Source: Candidatus Aminicenantes bacterium (lineage in GTDB: Bacteria > Acidobacteriota > Aminicenantia > Aminicenantales > JAFGBC01). Taken from it: DNA of 64,000 nt. A program made the translations under genes and the position numbers. Shown here piece by piece: positions 1-9,540 of this stretch. A model generated the notes under the pieces. The model did no database searches and was not told the origin of the DNA. It saw nothing but the letters and a program-made list of their open reading frames with translations. How positions within the stretch are numbered: position 1 is the first letter of the stretch; each line of letters starts with the position of its first letter. The DNA is taken from contig OY969696.1 of assembly GCA_963702005.1 (NCBI GenBank), forward strand, positions 384,001-448,000, in the 5' to 3' direction.

Positions 1-1
1 G

Positions 2-145
2 TATGAGTTCGACATCGGAGAGGGCCTGTCCGAGGGAGCCGAGCGGAATCTCGCCTCCGCCCTAGAACATCTGGCGGCCTTCATCACGAAGCGAAGGACC
101 GCGCCGCCGCGGGCTGCTCGCGCCCGGACCCGGAAACCCCTATAA
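2..145 (+). CDS. 3' fragment of a probable hydrogenase maturation protease (HyaD/HycI family)
   Basis: Frame from base 2 reads YEFDIGEGLSEGAERNLASALEHL...*, resembling the C-terminal F-x-x-GEGLS motif of this family; directly upstream of hypB. Confidence 0.6.
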   Translation, partial: YEFDIGEGLSEGAERNLASALEHLAAFITKRRTAPPRAARARTRKPL

Positions 146-165
146 TAAGCCTCGAGGACACCGCC

Positions 166-894
166 ATGAGCCGAAGAAAGCCGCCCCTTCCCGCCAAGCC
201 GCGCGCCGCCGCCAAGGCCCCGGGCGGGCCCCGAAAAAAGGAAATCCTCGTCCGCGAGGAGATCCTGGGCACAAACCGCAAGGTCGCCGCCGAGCTGCGG
301 AAACGATTCGAGGAGAGCGGCATCCTGGCCGTCAACATGATCAGCTCGCCGGGCGCGGGAAAGACCTCCTTGCTCGAGGCGCTGGCCGACCGACTCCGGG
401 ACCGGTTCAAGATGGCCGTCATCGAGGGCGATATCGAGACCGAGCGGGACGCCGAACGGGTCCGCCGCAAGGGCGTGGCGGCCTGGCAGATCACAACCGG
501 AGGCGCCTGCCATCTCGAAGCCAAGATGGTCGGCAAGGTCTTTCCCTCGCTGCCCGCCGGCATCGACCTCCTCTTCATCGAAAACGTCGGCAACCTTGTC
601 TGCCCCGCCAGCTTCGACCTCGGCGAGTCTCTCCGTCTGGTCATCCTCTCGGCCCCCGAGGGCGACGATAAGCCCAAGAAGTACCCGGAGGCCTTCCTGT
701 CCGCCGATGTCCTCGTCATCAGCAAGGCCGATCTCTTTCCCCATCTCGCCTTCGATCCCGACCGGGCCGCCCGCGAGGCCCTGGACATCAATCCCGGACT
801 GCGGGTTTTCGTCACCTCCGCCCTGACGGGCCGGGGTCTGCCCGAGTTCGTCGATTTCCTGGCCGCCCGGCTCGCCGCCCGCCGCCATGCATGA
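166..894 (+). CDS. hypB: hydrogenase nickel incorporation GTPase HypB
   Basis: SSPGAGKT P-loop, CHL, ENVGNLVCPASFDLGE, EGDDKPKKYP motifs. Confidence 0.97.
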   Translation: MSRRKPPLPAKPRAAAKAPGGPRKKEILVREEILGTNRKVAAELRKRFEESGILAVNMISSPGAGKTSLLEALADRLRDRFKMAVIEGDIETERDAERVRRKGVAAWQITTGGACHLEAKMVGKVFPSLPAGIDLLFIENVGNLVCPASFDLGESLRLVILSAPEGDDKPKKYPEAFLSADVLVISKADLFPHLAFDPDRAAREALDINPGLRVFVTSALTGRGLPEFVDFLAARLAARRHA

Positions 895-1231
895 GCTGTC
901 CCTGGTCGCGAACCTGTTCGAGATTATCGAACGCCACGCCAAGGACCAGAAGCCCAAGGCGGTGACCCGGGTCCGGATCAAAGTCGGCCGGATGTCCGGG
1001 GTCGTCCCCGAACTTCTCGAGACGGCATTCGACGCTTACAAAAAAGGAACCTTGGCCGAGGACGCCCGGCTCGAGATCGTCCACGTTCCGGTCAAGGCCC
1101 GCTGCCGATCCTGCCGGAGGATCTTCCGGCCCGTCCCGGACGACTTCGCCTGCCCGCACTGCGGCTCCGATCGCTGGAAGCTTCTGGAAGGGACGGACCT
1201 CGTCCTGGAAAAAATCGAGTTGGAGATTTAG
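887..1231 (+). CDS. hypA: hydrogenase maturation nickel metallochaperone HypA
   Basis: MHE start, two CxxC motifs; overlaps hypB. Confidence 0.97.
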   Translation: MHELSLVANLFEIIERHAKDQKPKAVTRVRIKVGRMSGVVPELLETAFDAYKKGTLAEDARLEIVHVPVKARCRSCRRIFRPVPDDFACPHCGSDRWKLLEGTDLVLEKIELEI

Positions 1232-1992
1232 CTGATCTCGCCCGTCAAGTAGGCTCGCGTCCGCGGGTCTTTGGCGTTGGCGAAGATATCCGGGGCGGGG
1301 CCGTGCTCGACGAGCTCTCCCAAATAGAGGAAGACGATGTAGTCGGCGATCCGCCGCGCCTGGCGCAGGATGTGGGTCACGACGACGACCGTGTAATCCT
1401 TCTTAAGCTCGATGAGGCGGCGTTCGACATGCTGGCTGGACTGGGGGTCCAGGGCCGAGGTCGGCTCATCGCCCAGGATGATCTCGGGCTCGACGGCCAG
1501 CCCCCGCGCCAGGCAGAGCCGCTGCTGCTGGCCGACCGAGAGGCGGGAGGCCGGATGGTGGAGCCGGTCCTTGACTTCCTCCCAGAGCCCGGCGGCGCCC
1601 AGATAATTCCGGACGATGAAGTCGAGCGTCTTCCGGTCCCGATTGCCGTGGATGCGGGGTCCGTAGGCAATGTTGTCGTAGATGGACATGGGCAGGACCT
1701 GGGGCTTCTGGGAGAGGAGGCCCATTTTCTTCCGGATGTGGGTGATCTCGACCTTGGGGCCGTAAATGTCCTCTCCGTCGACGAGGACCTCGCCCTCGAC
1801 CCGGACCTCGTCGACGTGGTCGAGAAGGCGGTTCATGGATTTGAGGAGGGTCGTCTTGCCGCAGCCCGAGGGTCCGATGATGGCCGTGATCTTCCGGTCG
1901 GGAATGTCCAGCGAGACGTCCTTAAGGACCTGGAGATCCCCGTAGTAGACGCTGAGATTCCTGAGGCTGAGGTGGCTCTGGGCATCCATCAT
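1228..1992 (-). CDS. pstB: phosphate ABC transporter ATP-binding protein
   Basis: GPSGCGKT, LSVGQQQRLCLAR, DEPTSALDP, C-terminal T..YLTG; operon context. Confidence 0.92.
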   Translation of the reverse strand: MMDAQSHLSLRNLSVYYGDLQVLKDVSLDIPDRKITAIIGPSGCGKTTLLKSMNRLLDHVDEVRVEGEVLVDGEDIYGPKVEITHIRKKMGLLSQKPQVLPMSIYDNIAYGPRIHGNRDRKTLDFIVRNYLGAAGLWEEVKDRLHHPASRLSVGQQQRLCLARGLAVEPEIILGDEPTSALDPQSSQHVERRLIELKKDYTVVVVTHILRQARRIADYIVFLYLGELVEHGPAPDIFANAKDPRTRAYLTGEIS

Positions 1993-2005
1993 GACTGCGG
2001 ACCTC

Positions 2006-2857
2006 TCATCGAATGACGTGCTTCGTGTATCGGCGGCTCAGGAGCCGGGCCAGGACGCTGATCAAAAGAATCAGGATGGTCAGGATAGCCGCCGAGGCAT
2101 AAGCTCTCTGCCGGACCTCGGGGAAGGGCGTGCCGAGTTGGAAGAAAATGGCCAGGGGGAGGGTCGCGGCCGGCTGGCCGAGCGACGTCGGAATCCTGTC
2201 CGTGAATCCGGCCGTGAAGAGGACCGAGGCGGCGTCCCCGATACCGCGGCCGAGGGCGATCAGGATCCCGGTCAGGATCCCGGGCAGGCACTGACGGAGG
2301 ATGACCTTGAGGGACGTTTCGAGCCGGGTCGCCCCCAAGGAGTAGGAAGCTTCCTTGAGCTCCCGGGGGACCAACCGGATGACCTCGTCGATGGCCCTGC
2401 TCATGATCGGGATCTCGAGCAGGGCGACCGTGATGATCCCGGCCCCGAGGGAGGCTCTCATCCGCAAGAAAACCATCAGGACGAACCCGAACGCGCCGTA
2501 GACGATGGACGGAATCCCCCACAGAACGTCGAACGAAAACCGGGTCAGGGCGGCCAGGCGGGACCGCTTCCGGCAGTAGACGTTGAGGAAGATGACGACG
2601 GGCAAGCTCGCGAGGCCGGCCAGGGCCGTGGCGCCCAAAGCGAGGTAGAGGGAGCCGAGGATCGCGTTGAGGATCCCGCCTTCCTTTCCCAGGTAATAGC
2701 CCCCCTTGGGGGTCTTGGTGATCATGGACAGGTTCAAGGCCGGCAGGCCCTTCCAGATGACGGTCGCGGTGATGAGGAGAAGGCTCCCGATGACGAGGGC
2801 GGTCGAGGCGATCATCAGCGTTTTCCAGATGTCCTCGACCAGCTTCCGCCTGTTCAT
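2006..2857 (-). CDS. pstA: phosphate ABC transporter permease PstA
   Basis: GIPSIVYG, EAS-LGA permease motif; start MNRRK at 2857 overlaps the pstC stop (ATGA). Confidence 0.9.
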   Translation of the reverse strand: MNRRKLVEDIWKTLMIASTALVIGSLLLITATVIWKGLPALNLSMITKTPKGGYYLGKEGGILNAILGSLYLALGATALAGLASLPVVIFLNVYCRKRSRLAALTRFSFDVLWGIPSIVYGAFGFVLMVFLRMRASLGAGIITVALLEIPIMSRAIDEVIRLVPRELKEASYSLGATRLETSLKVILRQCLPGILTGILIALGRGIGDAASVLFTAGFTDRIPTSLGQPAATLPLAIFFQLGTPFPEVRQRAYASAAILTILILLISVLARLLSRRYTKHVIR

Positions 2858-3735
2858 TCGGCCCTCCTTTCGGCACGGACCAGGAACCAGCGGGCCAGGA
2901 CGTTGAAGACCAGGACGACGAGGAGGAGGACCAGGGCCGCCAGCATGAGGGCGGAATCGTAAAGCGGCACGGACATCATCTCCCCGTAGTTGTTGGCGAT
3001 CAGGGCCGGCAACGGATAGCCGGCGTCGAAGACGGACTTGGGCACGACCGGAACGTTCCCGACGACCATCAGGACGGCCATCGTCTCGCCGAAGGCGCGC
3101 GAGAGGCCCAGGACGCCGGCCGCGATGATCCCCTGCGAGCCCTTGCGCAGGACGACGTGGCGGGTCGTCTCCCAACGGGTCGCGCCCAAGGACAGGGAGG
3201 CCTCGCGGAGGGGGAAGGGAATGGCCGAGAAAACCTCGAGGGCGACATGAATGATCGTCGGGAAGATCATGATGGCCAGGACGATGCCGCCCGACAGGAT
3301 GGAGTACCCGCTCGAGTACTGCCCGAAGGCGGGGGCGATCCGGCGGACCAGGGGGACGATGAGCAGGATGCCCCAGACGCCGAAGATGACCGAGGGGATG
3401 CCGGCCAGGAGGTCGATGAGAGGCTTGGCGAGCTCCCGGAAGCCGCGGGGCGCGTACTCGGACAGATAGATGGCCGTCAGCAAAGAGATCGGGATGGCGA
3501 TGACCAGGGCGACGGCCGTGACCCAGAGCGTCCCCATCAGGAAGGGAAACAGGCCGAACTCCCCGCGCAGAGGGTGCCAGCCCGATGAGAAGAGCAGGCC
3601 GGTGAAGGACTTGAGGGCCAGGATGACCCTCGACTTCTGGAACAGTCCGAAGAGCATCAGGGCGACGAGAACGGTCGGCAGCACGGTCATGATGAACATG
3701 ACCGTGCGACCGGCTTGCTCTTTGAAAATTCTCAA
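2854..3735 (-). CDS. pstC: phosphate ABC transporter permease PstC
   Basis: LAGIPSVIFG, REASLSLGATRWET, RAFGETMAV motifs. Confidence 0.93.
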   Translation of the reverse strand: MRIFKEQAGRTVMFIMTVLPTVLVALMLFGLFQKSRVILALKSFTGLLFSSGWHPLRGEFGLFPFLMGTLWVTAVALVIAIPISLLTAIYLSEYAPRGFRELAKPLIDLLAGIPSVIFGVWGILLIVPLVRRIAPAFGQYSSGYSILSGGIVLAIMIFPTIIHVALEVFSAIPFPLREASLSLGATRWETTRHVVLRKGSQGIIAAGVLGLSRAFGETMAVLMVVGNVPVVPKSVFDAGYPLPALIANNYGEMMSVPLYDSALMLAALVLLLVVLVFNVLARWFLVRAERRAE

Positions 3736-3754
3736 ACGGCGCTCTTCGCTTTCT

Positions 3755-4720
3755 TTATTTTTCGACTCCGATCCGGGTGAGCCCGTCCTTGAGCTTGTCC
3801 GGGCTGAGGTTGATATAGCCCGTCTCGGGGACGTATTTCTGTCCCTCGGTCAGAACCCAGCGGACGAACTCGACGAGGGCCGGCTTGACCGGTTTTCCCT
3901 TGGTCACGAAATAGAGATCCCGGGCCGGGGGGGACGGAAAGACGTTTTGGGCGATGGCCTTGGTTAGGTCGTCGCGGGTCGCATAAACGGCCTCGGCGGG
4001 CTCGATGACGCCGTTCCCGTTGAGGTCGAGCGGGCAGATGGCGATGCCCTCGATCGGCCTTAATGTCTTCGCGTCATAAGCGTAGTTGACGTTGTTGAAG
4101 CCCACGCTGAGCTGCTCGCGACTGACGGCGTCGGCCAGCCCGGGGTCGCCGTAGACGCCGATCCCGGTCAAGTCCTCCTGGCGCTTGCCCAGATAGGCGG
4201 CCCAAGTATCGGCCGCCCCGCAGGCGTCCGAACGGGTGAAGACGCGGATGGGGGTTTTGTCCGACGTGCCCAACAGATCGCCCCAGGTTTTGACGACGCC
4301 CGTGATCCAGATCCCGACGAACTCGTCGCGCTTGACGCCTCTCTTGAGGAGATCCTTGAGGAAGGGGTTCTGGGCGTTGACGGTGGGGATGACGGCATCC
4401 TTGGTCACGGCGATGGCGAAAGCGCCCTTCTCGACCTCGACCGGCTGGATTTCGCGGGAAACCATGCCGACATCGACCATGCCGGCCACGGCGTCGGCGA
4501 GCCCCTTGCCCGCCCCGCCGGCCTGGACGTCGATCTTGACTTGGGGACAAATCTTCTGGAATTCTTCCACCCACTTGACGGCCATCGGGTAGAGAGCCCA
4601 GGCCCCGGACAGGGAGAGATTCCCCGAAATCTCCGTTTTCTGGGCGGCCCCCAACGAGGGGCCGGCGATCATCGTCGCCGCCCAGAGGAGCAAGAGACCG
4701 AAAGCCATGCGTCTGTTCAT
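3755..4720 (-). CDS. pstS: PstS-family substrate-binding protein
   Basis: Signal peptide; SGAWALYP, GGAGKG, SR, RSDACG, R-L-Y motifs; upstream of pstC. Confidence 0.85.
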   Translation of the reverse strand: MNRRMAFGLLLLWAATMIAGPSLGAAQKTEISGNLSLSGAWALYPMAVKWVEEFQKICPQVKIDVQAGGAGKGLADAVAGMVDVGMVSREIQPVEVEKGAFAIAVTKDAVIPTVNAQNPFLKDLLKRGVKRDEFVGIWITGVVKTWGDLLGTSDKTPIRVFTRSDACGAADTWAAYLGKRQEDLTGIGVYGDPGLADAVSREQLSVGFNNVNYAYDAKTLRPIEGIAICPLDLNGNGVIEPAEAVYATRDDLTKAIAQNVFPSPPARDLYFVTKGKPVKPALVEFVRWVLTEGQKYVPETGYINLSPDKLKDGLTRIGVEK

Positions 4721-4740
4721 GTCTATCCTCCGATTATAAC

Positions 4741-5751
4741 TCAGAAACCGGCCTGGAGCTGGACGAGGAAGGCCGAGTTGTCCGTCTTTCCGCCTTCAAG
4801 TTTATAGAGCTCGTAGTTGACCTGAAGCTTGGATTTCGCCGTGAAGAACCAGTTCACGCCCACCGTCCACAGGTTCATCCGGTTATCGGCTATGTTGCGG
4901 TCCTTGTCGTAGGCATCGACCTTGAGAACGGCCTGGAGCTTCTTGGGCATCAGGAACCAGCCGCCCTGGACATACCAGCCCGACCTTTCGAGCTCATCGT
5001 CCTTGGCGAAGATGTACTCGCTCTTGAGGGAGAACGGGTCGTGGAGGACGGCCAGCTCAAGGCCGGTCCTGTTGCGGTCGTAAGCGGGCGACCCGGTCGC
5101 GAGGCTCGTCCGGCCCTTATAAACAGCGGCCCCCAAGGCCAGGAACTCGACGGGACGGACGACGAGCCGGCCGGCGAAGTCTTTCTCGCTGTTGTTGTCC
5201 TTGGTGTCGATCCCCGCGCCGTTGAAGACGCCGAGCGTATATTCGACGATGGACCACTTCCCGAACAGGGCGGCGCCGATATCGCGTCCGTTCGACTTGT
5301 TGTCCCGGCCCGGAGCGAGCTTCTCTTCGGGCTGGGAACGATTGATGGTGTCGAGGTCGGCGCTCGAGGTCAGGTTCTCCATGCTGAAGGGAACCTTGAA
5401 CTGGCCGACCCGCAGCCCGGCCTCGGGGCAGAACTTGAACTCGACCAGGGCGTCGAGGACGACGGGGCTCTTGACGGCGTCGACCTGGATCTTGTAGTTG
5501 ACGTTCTTGAACAGCTCGCCGCTCAGCGAAAACCGGATGCGGCGGGCGCTGAAGCTGTCGACGCCCTTATCCCAGGCCGTGTACCCGAACTGGCTGAATC
5601 CGGTCAGCTTGAAGGGCGCGGCCGCGACCACGGGAGACGGCTCCTTTTTATCCTGGCCGGGAACCGCCCCGGGTAAGGCCAGAAACCCGATGATCAAGCC
5701 CAAGGCGGCGGCCGCCTTGAAGCTTCTCTTGAAGACGATGTTCGTTGTCAT
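4741..5751 (-). CDS. outer-membrane porin (OprO/OprP-like anion/phosphate-selective family)
   Basis: Signal peptide, RRIR..L.G, GQFKVPFSME, GRDIG motifs, C-terminal F. Confidence 0.8.
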   Translation of the reverse strand: MTTNIVFKRSFKAAAALGLIIGFLALPGAVPGQDKKEPSPVVAAAPFKLTGFSQFGYTAWDKGVDSFSARRIRFSLSGELFKNVNYKIQVDAVKSPVVLDALVEFKFCPEAGLRVGQFKVPFSMENLTSSADLDTINRSQPEEKLAPGRDNKSNGRDIGAALFGKWSIVEYTLGVFNGAGIDTKDNNSEKDFAGRLVVRPVEFLALGAAVYKGRTSLATGSPAYDRNRTGLELAVLHDPFSLKSEYIFAKDDELERSGWYVQGGWFLMPKKLQAVLKVDAYDKDRNIADNRMNLWTVGVNWFFTAKSKLQVNYELYKLEGGKTDNSAFLVQLQAGF

Positions 5752-5841
5752 GGCAGACAAACTCCTTCCTTTCCTGTTGTCCTGTCTCGCTCCGGCCCGC
5801 GCGCTCGGCCGCGAACGATCCGATCTATGGCGAAAGATCTT

Positions 5842-6267
5842 TCAGCGCCGTTTATGCTTGGTCCGGCGAACCAAATCCTCGAAGGTCGTCCTCTCCAGGA
5901 TTTGGGCCACAGAGTCCCGGACCTCCTTCCAAAGCCAACGCAGCCCGCAGCTGTCCTCCATGGGACACGCTTCGTGGGCCATCACCGAAACGCAGTCGAT
6001 CGGGGCCAGCGGTCCGTCCATGACCCGGATGACCTCGGCGACCGAAATGGCCGAGGGCGGTTTGGCCAGGGCGTACCCCCCCTGGTGGCCTTTCCGGCTC
6101 TTGAGGTAGCCCGCCCTCTTGAGGAGGAGCAGGATCTGCTCCAAGAACCGTTCCGGGATGTGCTGCGCCTCGGAGATGTCCTTGATGTGGAGCGGGCCTT
6201 CGCCATAACGGAGGGAGAGCTCGAGCATGGCCCGGCTCGCGTACTCGCCTTTCGTTGACAACCTCAT
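5842..6267 (-). CDS. Rrf2 family transcriptional regulator (IscR/CymR-like, three Cys)
   Basis: MRLSTKGEYA, FLEQIL, SRKG..GGY.LAKPP, C-x8-C-x5-C. Confidence 0.93.
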   Translation of the reverse strand: MRLSTKGEYASRAMLELSLRYGEGPLHIKDISEAQHIPERFLEQILLLLKRAGYLKSRKGHQGGYALAKPPSAISVAEVIRVMDGPLAPIDCVSVMAHEACPMEDSCGLRWLWKEVRDSVAQILERTTFEDLVRRTKHKRR

Positions 6268-6280
6268 GGCTTCGTTGCTC

Positions 6281-6305
6281 TTAGTCGACTAACTCAATAG
6301 ACTAA
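6281..6305. promoter_or_regulatory. putative Rrf2 operator (imperfect palindrome)
   Basis: TTAGTCGACTAACTCAATAGACTAA matches 20/25 positions of the IscR type-1 consensus ATASYYGACTRwwwYAGTCRRSTAT (aligned by eye); lies between promoter and start codon. Confidence 0.65.
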
Positions 6306-6307
6306 CT

Positions 6308-6337
6308 CATATAACAGAAATCCGGCGGGCTTGTCAA
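6308..6337 (-). promoter_or_regulatory. putative sigma-70 promoter of the rrf2-pst operon
   Basis: TTGACA at 6337-6332, then TGT-TATATG about 18 nt downstream. Confidence 0.5.
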
Positions 6338-6416
6338 GCTTTTTTTTGATTTCTTTGTCACTTCATTTTAAGGGAAGTCCGGCTATAATAAGATGAAAAT
6401 GAACAGGAGGTCCCCC

Positions 6417-8618
6417 ATGAGCACACGGCGTGCCCGTTTCCTATTCGTCCTGCTCGTCCTGGGTTGCCTGATCGCGTCGGCCCTGCCCGGCCCGTCTTCG
6501 GCCGCCCAGGCCGCGCCCAAGAAATTCAGCTTCGAGCAGGCCTTCCTCCGCCAGCCTCCGGTCGTCCTGAAGCCGATGACGCCCGCCTCGGGCTGGTTCG
6601 ACGACGAGCATTACCTTCTCAGGGAGCGGGACGAGAAGGCCAAATCGTTCAAGCTCTGGAAGGTCCGGGCCAAGACGGGCCAAAAAATCCTCCTCCTTGA
6701 CTACGACCTCATTCAAAAAAAACTCCCCGAGGGCCTGGCCGCCTCGGCGCCGGCCGACCAAACGCCGGATTTCGGCCGCCTGATCTACGAATACAAGGGA
6801 GACCTCTATCTCTATTCCCATCCGGCCGGGCTCTTCAAGCGGCTGACGGCCACGATCGACGAGGAGAAGAACGCCCGGCTCTCCCCGGACGGCCGCTTCC
6901 TCGCCTACACCCGGGCCAACAACCTGTTCGCTCTCGACATCGAGGGCGGCCTCGAATACCAGCTGACTTCGGACGGCTCTCCGACCGTTTATAACGGCTG
7001 GGCGTCCTGGGTCTACTACGAAGAGATTCTGGGCCGCGGCTCCCGCTACGCGGCGTTCTGGTGGTCGCCCGACAGCCGCCGGATCGCATTCCTCCGTTTC
7101 GACGACGGACCGGTGCCGACCTTCACGCTGGTCCGATCCGCCGGAGTTCACGGCGAGGTCGAGGTCGCTCACTACCCCAAGCCGGGCGACCCCAATCCCA
7201 AGGTCCGTTTGGGCATCGCCGCCCTTCCCGAGGCCAAGGTCGTCTGGGCCGATTTCGACCCCGAGGCCGACGCCTACCTCGCCTGGCCCGTCTGGTTCTC
7301 CGACGGCTCCAAGCTCTCCGTCCAGTGGATGAACCGCGGCCAAGACACGATCAAGATCTACGCCGTGGACCCGGCGACGGGAAAGAAGGAGGAGATCCAC
7401 GCCGAGTCCCAGCCGTCCTGGGTCGAATTCTTCGAGGACCTGACCATGTTCAAGGACGGCAGCGGCTTCCTCCTCCGCAGCGACGTCGACGGCTGGAGGC
7501 ACCTCTACGCCTACGACCTCGGCGGCAAGCTGCGGGCTCGGGTCACCTCGGGCGATTGGGCCGTGACCGGGATCGGGCTCGTCGACGAGAAGAACGGCAA
7601 AGTCTATTTCTCGGCCCGGAGGGATCCGACCACCGAAAGCCATCTCTACGTCACGCGTCTCGACGGCTCCGGGCTGGAGCGGCTGACCAAGGAGCCGGGA
7701 ACCCACTGGACCTCGGTTTCGCCCGGCGGTTCCTACTTCCTGGATACCTTCTCGAGCATAACGGCGCCGGCCCGGCAAAATCTCTGCACGACGGGCGGCG
7801 TCTTCGTCCGCGCCATCGACACGAGCGAGACGCCGGCCATGAAAGATTACGCCTGGGGCAAGGTCGAGCTGTTCACGATCCCGACCAAGGACGGCTGGAA
7901 CCTGCCGGCCCGCTGGATCCTCCCCCCGGACTTCGACCCCGCCCGTAAATATCCCGTCCTGTTTTCCATCTACGGCGGGCCGGAATCGACCGACGTCGCG
8001 AACTCGTTCCCGTCGCTGGGGAACGTCCTGTACGCCCAGGAGGGAATCATCGTCTTGAGCGTCGACCACCGCGGCTCGAGCCACTTCGGCAAGAAAGGGA
8101 CGGCCCTCATGCACCGCAACCTCGGGAAATGGGAAATGCACGACTGGGGCGAAGCCGTCCGCTGGCTCCGCCAGAAGCCGTTCGTCGACCCGGACCGGAT
8201 CGGGATCACCGGCGGCAGCTACGGCGGCTACGCGACCTGCCTGGCCCTGACCTGCGACGCCGATTATTTCACTCACGGCTACGCCAGCTCTTCGGTCACC
8301 GATTGGAAGCTTTACGACTCCGTCTACACCGAGCGCTACATGGACACGCCGGCCGAGAACCCCCAAGGCTACGAGTTCGGCTCCGTCCTGACCCACGCCG
8401 CGAAGCTCAAGGGCAGGCTTTTCATGGCCCACGGCGACATGGACGACAATGTCCATATGCAGAACTCGGTCCAGCTCATCAACGCCTTCATGGATCTCGG
8501 CAAGGAGTTCGAGTTTATGCTCTATCCCGGCCAGCGCCACGGCTTCGGAGGGAAGAAGCGCGAGCACGACGCCCGCAGCGAATACGGCTTCTGGATGAAG
8601 CATTTTCTCAGCCGCTGA
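6417..8618 (+). CDS. S9B dipeptidyl peptidase IV family protein, secreted
   Basis: AGGAGG RBS, signal peptide, WVYYEE, YPKPG, GGSYGG, DDNVH, catalytic His. Confidence 0.93.
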   Translation: MSTRRARFLFVLLVLGCLIASALPGPSSAAQAAPKKFSFEQAFLRQPPVVLKPMTPASGWFDDEHYLLRERDEKAKSFKLWKVRAKTGQKILLLDYDLIQKKLPEGLAASAPADQTPDFGRLIYEYKGDLYLYSHPAGLFKRLTATIDEEKNARLSPDGRFLAYTRANNLFALDIEGGLEYQLTSDGSPTVYNGWASWVYYEEILGRGSRYAAFWWSPDSRRIAFLRFDDGPVPTFTLVRSAGVHGEVEVAHYPKPGDPNPKVRLGIAALPEAKVVWADFDPEADAYLAWPVWFSDGSKLSVQWMNRGQDTIKIYAVDPATGKKEEIHAESQPSWVEFFEDLTMFKDGSGFLLRSDVDGWRHLYAYDLGGKLRARVTSGDWAVTGIGLVDEKNGKVYFSARRDPTTESHLYVTRLDGSGLERLTKEPGTHWTSVSPGGSYFLDTFSSITAPARQNLCTTGGVFVRAIDTSETPAMKDYAWGKVELFTIPTKDGWNLPARWILPPDFDPARKYPVLFSIYGGPESTDVANSFPSLGNVLYAQEGIIVLSVDHRGSSHFGKKGTALMHRNLGKWEMHDWGEAVRWLRQKPFVDPDRIGITGGSYGGYATCLALTCDADYFTHGYASSSVTDWKLYDSVYTERYMDTPAENPQGYEFGSVLTHAAKLKGRLFMAHGDMDDNVHMQNSVQLINAFMDLGKEFEFMLYPGQRHGFGGKKREHDARSEYGFWMKHFLSR

Positions 8619-8619
8619 C

Positions 8620-9540
8620 ATGGGGACCGGAGCCAACCATCAAGAGCGCCTCGCCCGCTGCCCTGTCTGCGGGGGCGAACGCCTCATCGCCTATCGGACC
8701 GGAACCTTCGCCGGGTCCGACCTTAGCCCCAAGGAGATTAAGATCACCGACCGCGGCTATGGCCGGCTTTGGGACCTGAGCCTTTGCCGCGACTGCCGCC
8801 ACGTCTTCGCCAATCCGTGCCCGACCCCCGCCCTCATGAACGCTCTCTATGCTGCGGTCGAAGACCCTCTCTACGACGAAGAAGCGGAGGGGCGCTCCCG
8901 CAATTTCGAGAGGATCCTGGCCGGTTTGGAGCGGCTCCTCCCCGGACGGGGACGGCTGTTCGACGTCGGCGCCGCGACGGGGATCCTGCTCGACCTGGCC
9001 CGAGCCCGCGGTTGGGAGCCGGACGGGATCGAGCCCAGCTCCTGGGCCGTCCGTTTCGCCAGGACCAAGTACGGCCTCGCGATCCGGAAAGGAGATTTCG
9101 AGACGGCCCGCCTCCCCTCCCGGGCCTACCAGGCCGTGACCATGATCGATGTCATCGAGCATACGCCCCGGCCGGCGGAGGCCCTCCGGCGGGCCTTCAA
9201 GATCCTCGCGCCGGGCGGTCTTCTTTGCATCGTGACCCCAGACCTGGGGAGCGCGGCCGCCGCGGTCGCGGGCCGGAAATGGTGGCACCTCCGGCCCGGC
9301 CATCTTTCCTACTTCACCCGGCCGAGCCTGACTCGCCTGCTGGAGGGGGCCGGCTTCATTATCATTCGGCGCCGCCGCTATGCATGGACATTCAGCGCTC
9401 ATTACTTGGTCTCCCGCATCGAGGGTTTTCGTTTCTTGCTCGGGGGAGCCCGCTTCGCTTCTTTTTTGAGGAGAATTCCTATAAAATTAGCGCTGGGCGA
9501 TTCCTTCGAGATCTACGCCCGCAAGGGATCGACGGGATGA
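8620..9540 (+). CDS. class I SAM-dependent methyltransferase with N-terminal Zn ribbon
   Basis: CPVC...CRDC, FDVGAATG, DVIEH, HLSYFT motifs. Confidence 0.88.
   Translation: MGTGANHQERLARCPVCGGERLIAYRTGTFAGSDLSPKEIKITDRGYGRLWDLSLCRDCRHVFANPCPTPALMNALYAAVEDPLYDEEAEGRSRNFERILAGLERLLPGRGRLFDVGAATGILLDLARARGWEPDGIEPSSWAVRFARTKYGLAIRKGDFETARLPSRAYQAVTMIDVIEHTPRPAEALRRAFKILAPGGLLCIVTPDLGSAAAAVAGRKWWHLRPGHLSYFTRPSLTRLLEGAGFIIIRRRRYAWTFSAHYLVSRIEGFRFLLGGARFASFLRRIPIKLALGDSFEIYARKGSTG

Noticed and set aside
6287-6309. Pho box upstream of the pst operon
   Set aside because: The direct repeat has a 13-bp rather than 11-bp period and does not resemble CTGTCAT
6441-8636. Long antisense ORFs (also 22956-25697, 12356-13639, 36093-37643, 57507-58922 and many others)
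   Set aside because: Shadow frames of well-supported genes in a high-GC genome; no recognisable motifs
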